Of a stretch of 64,000 nucleotides of DNA, positions 45,742-53,800 are shown in pieces. The stretch is from Bacteroidota bacterium (GTDB taxonomy: Bacteria > Bacteroidota > Bacteroidia > Bacteroidales > JAGONC01), in NCBI GenBank assembly GCA_022711405.1, contig JAKLFC010000011.1, forward strand, positions 8,255 through 72,254, in the 5' to 3' direction. The position numbers and the translations under genes are program-made. The notes beneath the pieces are model-generated. The model ran no database searches, was not told where the DNA came from, and was given only the letters and a program-made list of their open reading frames with translations. Numbering within the stretch: position 1 is the first letter of the stretch; every line of letters starts with the position of its first letter.

Positions 45742-45878
45742 AAGAAACAACTTAAAAAGGTCCGCCGGATGACACTATCCGCCGGAAGCGGAGTATTTCT
45801 ATGGAAAACAGACCAGATACATCATCCTCATTTTGAGGTGTAAAAATAAACATAACTCCTGTCAAATCAATAGCCTTG

Positions 45879-45905
45879 TTGTCCGGATAAATTTTATCCG
45901 GACAA
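45879..45905. promoter_or_regulatory. Palindrome TTGTCCGGATAA-ATT-TTATCCGGACAA (12-bp perfect arms)
   Basis: Read directly. A second copy lies 75 bp downstream. Confidence 0.5.
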
Positions 45906-45953
45906 ATGATCCGGCTACATATTGATTTACAGTGTTTTGTAAAAAGACATTTG

Positions 45954-45979
45954 TTGTCCTGATAAATTTATCCGGACAA
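45954..45979. promoter_or_regulatory. Palindrome TTGTCCTGATAA-AT-TTATCCGGACAA (one mismatch)
   Basis: Read directly. Followed by a further half-site, ATCCGGGATAAATT. Confidence 0.5.
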
Positions 45980-45990
45980 AATCCGGGATA

Positions 45991-46043
45991 AATTCCAAAT
46001 CCCAACATCCAAATTCCAAACAAATTCCAACATCCAAATTCCA
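45991..46043. repeat. GGAATTTGG-family repeat (copy 3, inverted orientation)
   Basis: AATTCCAAATCCCAACATCCAAATTCCAAACAAATTCCAACATCCAAATTCCA. Confidence 0.85.
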
Positions 46044-46106
46044 GGCTGCCGTACTGGGGCTCCTACGGAGCCTGCCAACTGCCGGCTGCTGCCTCACAGT
46101 CGTCCG

Positions 46107-46793
46107 TCAACCACCAAAATAATCCCACAACGCATCAGCGGGCGGCTGAGCTTCGATCCGGATCGTTTCCTTCGATACAGGGTGGGAAAACTCTACCCGA
46201 CGTGCATGCAAATGAATGGAACCGTCGTCGTTGGTGCGCGGGAAACCATATTTGATATCACCCTTGATCGGACACCCGACGGCGGCCAGCTGTGCCCGGA
46301 TCTGGTGATGACGCCCTGTAAGTAATTCTATCTCAATCAGATGATAAAATTCGCCGGATTGAAGAAGCCGGTAATTCAACTCGGCTCGTTTGGCACCCCG
46401 TACCTCATGGTCATATGCATAAGACTTGTTCTGCTCCTCATTCCTGCGCAAAAAGTGAACAAGATGACCGGATTCAGGCACAGGCCTGTTCTTTACGACC
46501 GCCCAGTAGATCTTCTGAATATTTCCATCCCTGAGCATCCCGTTCAGCCTGCCCAGCGCTTTTCCGGTGCGTGCAAAGATCACCGCACCACTGGCAGGCC
46601 GGTCGAGGCGATGGACAACACCCAGGAAAACATTTCCCGGCTTGTGGTATTTCTTTTTAATGTAAACTTTTAAGAGATCAACCAGCGGAACATCACCCGT
46701 CTTATCGCCCTGAACGATCTCGGAAGGAAGTTTGTTGAAGACCAGGAGATGGTTATCCTCGTATAGAATCCTTTCAGTACTGTTCACGCTCAT
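46107..46793 (-). CDS. RluA family pseudouridine synthase
   Basis: 228 aa. [17 protein letters not shown]. Overlaps the panB stop by 20 nt. Confidence 0.8.
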   Translation of the reverse strand: MSVNSTERILYEDNHLLVFNKLPSEIVQGDKTGDVPLVDLLKVYIKKKYHKPGNVFLGVVHRLDRPASGAVIFARTGKALGRLNGMLRDGNIQKIYWAVVKNRPVPESGHLVHFLRRNEEQNKSYAYDHEVRGAKRAELNYRLLQSGEFYHLIEIELLTGRHHQIRAQLAAVGCPIKGDIKYGFPRTNDDGSIHLHARRVEFSHPVSKETIRIEAQPPADALWDYFGG

Positions 46794-47604
46794 TAGGAAA
46801 CTCCTTGACCTTCACGTCATTGATGTACTTCTGCACCGATCCTTCGATCTCTTCCATCAGGTTGTGATAACGGCGCAGGAAACGCGGAGAGAAATCCTGT
46901 GTGATCCCGAGCATGTCGTAAAGGACCAGGACCTGCCCGCTGACACCACCGCCCGCGCCGATGCCGATCGTGGGGATCTTGATCTGTTCTGTCACTTCGG
47001 TAGCCAGTTTGGCAGGGATCTTTTCCAGGACGATGGCAAAGCAGCCTGCCTCCTCCAGGATCCTGGCATCTGCTTTCAGCCGCTCCGCCTCCTCTGCCTG
47101 TGTGGCACGCACCACATAGGTTCCGAACTTATGGATCGACTGGGGTGTCAGCCCCAGATGCCCCATGACAGGGATCCCGGCCGAAAGGATCCGGTGGATG
47201 GATTCTACCACCTCCTGACCGCCTTCCATCTTTACCGCATCAGCACCCGCCTCCTTCATGATCCGGATGGCAGAATTCAGCGCCTCCTTCGAATTGCCCT
47301 GGTAGGTGCCGAAGGGCAGATCCACCACCACCAGCGCCCTGTTGACCGCACGCATCACCGAGGATGCAAGAAAGATCATCTCATCCAGGGTGATGGGCAG
47401 GGTGGTCTTATGACCAGCGATCACATTTGAAGCCGAATCCCCGACCAGGATGACATCTATGCCCGCCTGGTCCAGGATGCGCGCCATGGAGTAATCATAA
47501 CAGGTCAGCATGGCGATCTTCTCATCCTGATGCTTCATCTCCTGAAGCACATGCGTGGTGATCTTTTTGGCAGAAGCAAAAATGGATGTGTTCATACACG
47601 GCAT
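46774..47604 (-). CDS. panB: 3-methyl-2-oxobutanoate hydroxymethyltransferase
   Basis: 276 aa. [12 protein letters not shown]...[10 protein letters not shown]...[10 protein letters not shown]...VKMEGG. Confidence 0.9.
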   Translation of the reverse strand: MPCMNTSIFASAKKITTHVLQEMKHQDEKIAMLTCYDYSMARILDQAGIDVILVGDSASNVIAGHKTTLPITLDEMIFLASSVMRAVNRALVVVDLPFGTYQGNSKEALNSAIRIMKEAGADAVKMEGGQEVVESIHRILSAGIPVMGHLGLTPQSIHKFGTYVVRATQAEEAERLKADARILEEAGCFAIVLEKIPAKLATEVTEQIKIPTIGIGAGGGVSGQVLVLYDMLGITQDFSPRFLRRYHNLMEEIEGSVQKYINDVKVKEFPNEREQY

Positions 47605-47615
47605 TTTTATTCTAA

Positions 47616-47623
47616 CAAATGTA
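47616..47623 (-). promoter_or_regulatory. -7 box TACATTTG upstream of panB
   Basis: 11 nt upstream of ATG 47604. Confidence 0.4.
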
Positions 47624-47642
47624 GGAATTAAAACATTAATGG

Positions 47643-47650
47643 TACTTTTG
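47643..47650 (+). promoter_or_regulatory. -7 box TACTTTTG only 4 nt before ATG 47655
   Basis: If this box is used, the mRNA would be leaderless or nearly so. Confidence 0.3.
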
Positions 47651-47654
47651 TGCC

Positions 47655-48668
47655 ATGAAAAAAGTGGGGATCATCATCCTTCTTGCCCTGGGACTTGCCT
47701 CCTGCAGCACCGATGTGGACCTCATCGGGGATTATGAGGATATCACTGTCGTTTACGGGCTGCTCAACCAGAACGACAGCATTTCCTATCTGAAGATCAA
47801 CAAGGCATTCCTTGGAGAGGGAAACGCCCTGATCATGGCACAGGAACCCGATTCATCCAGCTATCTGAACAACCTGTCTGTCATCATGGAAGCATGGAAG
47901 AATGGGATCCTGGAACAGACCTTTACCTTCGACACCACCACCATCTACAACAAGGAGGTAGGAACGTTTTACTATCCCGAACAGGTGCTCTACCGCTGCG
48001 TCACATCCAACAAGCTGGATGATGAAAGCCTTTACCGGCTGGTCATTACCAACGAACTGACCGGCAAGATCATCACTGCCAGCACCCCCCTGGTTTCCGA
48101 TTTTCCCATCCTTAAGCCGATCGTTAACAATCCTGTCAAACCAACGATCCACTTTCCGGATAATGATAATCCGAAAGACCTGGAATGGCTGTCGGCAAAA
48201 TACGGCAAGCTGTATAATGCGATCATGCGGTTTCATTATAAAGAAACATTCAGCTCGGTGACGGATACCCTTTATAAGTACGTGGAGACAGCCTACTCGC
48301 CCAAAAAATCCGAGACTCTTGAGGGAGGTGAGGAAATGCTGATCCAGTTTGCCAACAACAGCTTCTATAAACTTCTTGAGCAAAATGTCCCCTATGAGCC
48401 CGCAAAGGAAGCAACCGTCGAGGCCCGGTATGCCATTTCCGTCGAATACATTTTCTCGGTGGCAGGGGATGACTTCAATACATTCATGGAAGTGAACGAC
48501 CCGTCCAGCAGTATTGTCCAGGAGAGGCCCGAATATACCAACGTCGAAAACGGGATTGGGATCTTTTCGAGCCGTTACAATAAATCCAGGCTTTACTACA
48601 TAAGCCCCCTCACCGAAGAGATCCTTTTAACCAAAGGACTGAAGTTCGAGTCGGAGATCGGGAAGTGA
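47655..48668 (+). CDS. Lipoprotein of unknown function (possibly DUF4249-like)
   Basis: 337 aa. Lipobox LLALGLASC. No catalytic motif recognised. Confidence 0.5.
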   Translation: MKKVGIIILLALGLASCSTDVDLIGDYEDITVVYGLLNQNDSISYLKINKAFLGEGNALIMAQEPDSSSYLNNLSVIMEAWKNGILEQTFTFDTTTIYNKEVGTFYYPEQVLYRCVTSNKLDDESLYRLVITNELTGKIITASTPLVSDFPILKPIVNNPVKPTIHFPDNDNPKDLEWLSAKYGKLYNAIMRFHYKETFSSVTDTLYKYVETAYSPKKSETLEGGEEMLIQFANNSFYKLLEQNVPYEPAKEATVEARYAISVEYIFSVAGDDFNTFMEVNDPSSSIVQERPEYTNVENGIGIFSSRYNKSRLYYISPLTEEILLTKGLKFESEIGK

Positions 48669-48730
48669 TCCCCGGATTTTCCTGCCGTTTTGTCACCCAT
48701 CTGGCAGTATTCCCCGCTTTGGCATAATGA

Positions 48731-48767
48731 TTGAAACACCTCCAGTCATTCAATTTTGAGGTTTCAA
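48731..48767. promoter_or_regulatory. Inverted repeat TTGAAAC(A)CCTC-N15-GAGGTTTCAA upstream of dnaK
   Basis: Read directly. Encloses a near -7 box, CAATTTTG (48751-48758). ATG at 48795. Confidence 0.35.
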
Positions 48768-48794
48768 CATCATTAACATTTTTATACTTAGAAC

Positions 48795-50711
48795 ATGGGT
48801 AAAATTATTGGAATTGACCTGGGTACGACCAACTCCTGTGTGGCAGTCATGGAAGGCAATGAACCTGTTGTGATCCCTAACAGCGAAGGCAGAAGGACTA
48901 CACCTTCCATCGTTGCCTTTACCGAGAACGGTGAGCGCAAGGTTGGGGATCCAGCCAAGCGACAAGCCATCACTAATCCCACGAAGACGATCTATTCGAT
49001 CAAACGGTTTATGGGAGAAACCTTTGACAGGGTTCAGAAAGAGGTTGCACGTGTTCCTTTCAGGGTTGAAAGGGGAGACAACAATACGCCCCGTGTGAAA
49101 ATTGATAACCGGCTGTACACCCCCCAGGAGATATCCGCCATGGTCCTTCAGAAAATGAAAAAGACGGCAGAGGATTACCTGGGACAGGAGGTGACCGAAG
49201 CAGTGATCACCGTGCCGGCCTATTTCAGCGATTCTCAGCGCCAGGCCACCAAGGAAGCCGGTGAGATCGCCGGTCTGAAGGTAAAACGGATCATCAATGA
49301 ACCTACGGCTGCATCACTGGCTTATGGCCTCGATAAAAAGCACAAGGACATGAAGATAGCCGTGTTCGACCTGGGCGGAGGAACGTTCGACATTTCCATC
49401 CTGGAACTTGGCGACGGTGTGTTCGAAGTGAAGTCTACCAATGGGGATACCCATCTGGGCGGCGATGATTTTGACCAGACCATCATGGACTGGCTGGCAG
49501 AAGAGTTCAAAAAGGATGAGAACATCGACCTGAGGAAAGATCCCATGGCCCTGCAGCGGCTCAAAGAGGCTGCTGAAAAGGCCAAGATAGAGCTTTCCAG
49601 TTCCACCTCAACAGAGATCAACCTGCCCTATATCATGCCGGTCGACGGCATTCCAAAGCACCTTGTCAGGAACCTGTCAAGGGCGAAGTTCGAGCAGCTG
49701 ATCGATCCCTATGTCCGTCAGACAATCGAACCATGCCGTAAGGCCATGCAGGACGCCGGACTGAAAACATCCGATATCGATGAGGTCATCCTGGTGGGAG
49801 GCTCCACACGGATCCCTGTCATTCAGAAGACGGTGGAAGAGTTCTTCGGCAAAACACCTTCCAAGGGGGTAAATCCCGATGAGGTGGTCGCCGTGGGTGC
49901 CGCCATCCAGGGCGGGGTACTGACCGGTGAGGTGAAGGATGTCCTCCTGCTGGATGTGACGCCCCTCTCGCTGGGCATTGAGACCCTTGGCAGCGTATTT
50001 ACCCGCCTGATTGAATCCAATACGACGATACCGGTCAGGAAATCGGAGGTCTTCTCCACTGCATCGGATAACCAGCCCTCGGTGGAGATCCATATTCTTC
50101 AGGGTGAACGCCCGATGGCGCATCAGAACAAAAGCATCGGCCGCTTCCACCTCGACGGGATACCGCCCGCACCAAGAGGCATACCTCAGATCGAGGTCAC
50201 CTTCGACATCGACGCCAACGGTATCCTCCACGTCACGGCAAAGGACAAGGGAACGGGCAAATCACAGAACATACGCATCGAAGCTTCTTCCGGCCTGACC
50301 GACAGCGAGATACAGCGTATGCGCGACGAGGCAAAGGCCAACGAGGATGCCGACAAAAAGGAACGCGAGCGGGTTGATAAGGTGAACAGTGCCGACGCCA
50401 TGATCTTCCAGACAGAAAAACAGCTCAAAGAATACGGGGATAAGATCCCGGCTGATAAGAAACAGGCCATCGAACGGGCACTTTCCGACCTCAGGGCAGC
50501 ACATCAGAGCAAGGATGTTGCCGGTATCGACAACGCCCTGAACAACCTCAACAACGCATGGCAGGCCGCCAGCCAGGATATGTACCAGGCCGGCCAACAG
50601 CAGCAACAGGAACCTCCCCAGGGACAGGGGACAGGCGGACCGGACGAACGGAAATCCTCAGGAAAAGACGAAGAGGTGACCGATGTCGACTTTGAGGAAG
50701 TGAAGAACTGA
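48795..50711 (+). CDS. dnaK: Molecular chaperone DnaK (Hsp70)
   Basis: 638 aa. [32 protein letters not shown]. Confidence 0.95.
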   Translation: MGKIIGIDLGTTNSCVAVMEGNEPVVIPNSEGRRTTPSIVAFTENGERKVGDPAKRQAITNPTKTIYSIKRFMGETFDRVQKEVARVPFRVERGDNNTPRVKIDNRLYTPQEISAMVLQKMKKTAEDYLGQEVTEAVITVPAYFSDSQRQATKEAGEIAGLKVKRIINEPTAASLAYGLDKKHKDMKIAVFDLGGGTFDISILELGDGVFEVKSTNGDTHLGGDDFDQTIMDWLAEEFKKDENIDLRKDPMALQRLKEAAEKAKIELSSSTSTEINLPYIMPVDGIPKHLVRNLSRAKFEQLIDPYVRQTIEPCRKAMQDAGLKTSDIDEVILVGGSTRIPVIQKTVEEFFGKTPSKGVNPDEVVAVGAAIQGGVLTGEVKDVLLLDVTPLSLGIETLGSVFTRLIESNTTIPVRKSEVFSTASDNQPSVEIHILQGERPMAHQNKSIGRFHLDGIPPAPRGIPQIEVTFDIDANGILHVTAKDKGTGKSQNIRIEASSGLTDSEIQRMRDEAKANEDADKKERERVDKVNSADAMIFQTEKQLKEYGDKIPADKKQAIERALSDLRAAHQSKDVAGIDNALNNLNNAWQAASQDMYQAGQQQQQEPPQGQGTGGPDERKSSGKDEEVTDVDFEEVKN

Positions 50712-50751
50712 TGTTAATAAAAAATTGACCCCCTCTATCATTTATTATGGA

Positions 50752-50759
50752 TATATTTG
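50752..50759 (+). promoter_or_regulatory. -7 box TATATTTG upstream of the LTD gene cluster
   Basis: The box ends 50 nt before ATG 50810. Overlaps the left arm of a 12-bp perfect inverted repeat. Confidence 0.45.
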
Positions 50760-50800
50760 TAATTGGATAACAGATTAACTGGATCTGACCAATTACAAAT
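50755..50800. promoter_or_regulatory. Perfect 12-bp inverted repeat ATTTGTAATTGG-N22-CCAATTACAAAT
   Basis: Read directly, between dnaK and the first LTD gene. Confidence 0.5.
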
Positions 50801-50809
50801 CTATTCATC

Positions 50810-53800
50810 ATGAAGAAATTTTACTTTATTTTCCTGATGGTCACCGGACCGTGCCTTTTTCTCAGGGCACAGAATGCATGGATCAACGAGGTCCATTATG
50901 ACAATACGGGAACGGATGTCAATGAATTTATTGAAGTGGTCATACAGAACGCAGGGAGCTATTCCCTGTCGGACTTTATGGTAACCCTGTACAACGGAGG
51001 CAACGGAACCAGCTACGGGACCAAGACGCTTGACCTTTTCACGGCTGGTGCCACCAGCAACGGATTCTCGATCTTCTATTTCGTTTATCCTGCCAACGGC
51101 ATTCAAAACGGATCCCCCGACGGGATGGCACTGTCGTACCAGTCGGTGCTGATCCCGGGCCAGTTCCTCAGCTACGAAGGAGTGTTCACGGGTTCCGGAG
51201 GTGTGGCCAATGGATTGATTTCCGTCGACATTGGCGTGACAGAAGCAGGGAGCGAACCAGTGGGACAATCCCTTCAGCTTACCGGCTCAGGTACCCTCTA
51301 TAACCAGTTTACCTGGCAGGCTCCCGCCGACGACACCCCGGGCCAGCTCAACAACGGACAGACTTTTGGCGGTACCCCAACCAACGCGATCAGCTACGCC
51401 TATGCAAAATCTGCCACCGCCCTGGATGTGATGTATAACCTGTCGGTGACCTCGGTCAACCCTGCCAGCTACATCCTCACCGGAACCGCCCCGATCACGT
51501 TCTCCACGGCTGTCATCGACGGGACCGACAACAAGCTGGTGCACCTCACCGGCCCATCCGTCAGCATGACAGGAGATAATGTGGTGGATAAGATCAAAGA
51601 CACTTCCATCCCATCCGAATATGACTTCTACGCGGGCATCCTGCCGGTTTCCTTCACCAATACCACCAATCCGGGCGGCGTGATGGACAACATCCACTTC
51701 GCCTCCTTTCAGGGCATCATCTCTGCAGACGATAATTTCAATAACGTCTGGATCAGCGACAATTCATCAGCCTATCACGGAGTGATGATCTATGACAATA
51801 ACTTCGACGCACTGGTCAATGCAGGTGATGAAATCCTGATACGATCCAAACGTGATGTGTACAACAACCTTACGGAACTGGTGACACCGGCGCTGCTCAA
51901 CATCCTTTCCACCGGCAATGCGCCGTATGGACCGGCAGTGATCAACGGTTCCGATATCAGCGAAACATTGCCTGCCAACACCGATCCGGGAGAGAAATGG
52001 GAAGGACAGCTGGTCAAAATACAGAATTTCACGGTAGAAGCCTATACGGATTACGATTATGAATGCAGCTGGACCGGCAGCAGAACGACGTATTATTTCC
52101 ATGTAGGCGATAACGTGGACTATCAGTTTGGCACCACCGAGCTCGTGGTCGGACAGTCATATGCCTCTATCACCGGTGTGGTGGACTGGTCAGGTACAGG
52201 CCCGTATTACCGGATCAACCCGAGAACCCAGTCCGATATTGTACCCAATCCAACGTCTGCCAGGATCGTCGGATCGTTCCAGGGATGGAACACGACAGAT
52301 CCCAATTACGTCATGAACGGAAAACCCAATGGACTTTTCCAGCTGACCAAGACATTACCGGCAGGTGATCATGAATACAAGGTGATCGAGGGGGATAGCT
52401 GGAGCGATCCCAACTATCCTGCGAACAACCAGCACATTGTGCTCGGCGCCAGCTCCTCTGTCACCTGGATAACCAACATCGATGCAAATCTTGTGACCCA
52501 TACGCCGCCCAACGTCTCCGGTAATTTTCTTTCGGAAATGGGTGGTCTTGACTGGGATCCCGGTGCCACCATCGGAGAGATGACGGACGGAAATAATGAT
52601 GACATCTATACCAAAAAGATAAAGGTGCCCGAAGGCGGTTGGGAATGCAAGATCGCCCTCAACAGGAACTGGGATCAGAGTACAGGGGATAACACATTCT
52701 TCCTGGCTAACGGAGTTGATTCCGTGGCATTTACCTATGACATGGCGACCAACACCACGGCGGTAGTCGGCGCTCCCCCGGTCTATGCAGCTATTACCTT
52801 TATCATCAACGATGCGGAAGAGCAAACCTTCGGGGGCTTTTACCTGAAAGGGAGCTGGGATGCGTCGGGCAATTATGACCCTGAATGGAACTCCGGCAAT
52901 GAGCACACGGCCATGTACGACGACGGCACACACGGCGACCAGCTGGCAGGCGATCATATCTTTACAGCCCAGGTCAACCTGGCTGTCGACTACGGCTATC
53001 ATACATGGGAGTGGGGAGTGAACGACGAGGATCACAACTGGGTGGCAGGCAACTGGCCTTTTACCTTACCCGGGACTTCCCCGCAGACACTGACCCAGGT
53101 CTTTGGGCCCATTCCCTCGCTTGTCATCACAGAGATCATGTACAATCCTCCGGAGTCCGGAAATGACACCCTTGAGTTCCTTGAAATCTACAATCCGGGA
53201 GCAGTGGCCATTGATCTGGAGGGATTTCATTTTAAGGAAGGAGTGACCTTCACATTCCCCGAAACTACCCTTTTACCTGAAAGTTATACCCTCGTCGCCA
53301 TCAGCTCAGGCGCCATGGAGAATTTTTTCGGTGTGGAGGCATTTCAATGGACCGACGGAGCCCTGAACAACGGTGGCGAAACCGTCATCCTGGCTGACAA
53401 CCTGGGCAGGGCCGTTGACTCCGTTGCCTTTGACGACGCAGCACCCTGGCCCACCTCACCGGATGGCTTTGGCCCCTCGCTGGTGTTTTGTGATCCCTCC
53501 CTGGATAATTCCATCCCCGACGACTGGTCGGCCTCGTTGGATTATGCCGGCGTGAATGCGGCCAATGACTCCATCTTCGCTTCGCCGGGAACCGGATGCA
53601 TCTACCAGGTACCCCCCGTCCTCATCACCGAGATCATGTACAACCCTCCCGAAGAAGGAGCCGACAGCCTTGAGTTCATCGAGCTGTTCAACAGGGGCAA
53701 CGGAGTCATCGACTTCGATGATTTTTATTTTTCTTCCGGGGTGGAATACACTTTCCAGAATCTGCAGCTCACACCGGGCGAACGGGTGGTAATCGCAAAG

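Noticed and set aside
45649-45843. 64-aa ORF MMRDWNLEFVWILDPGIWDL...
   Set aside because: It reads straight through the GGAATTTGG repeat and the following hairpin. There is no start context, and the peptide is repeat-derived.
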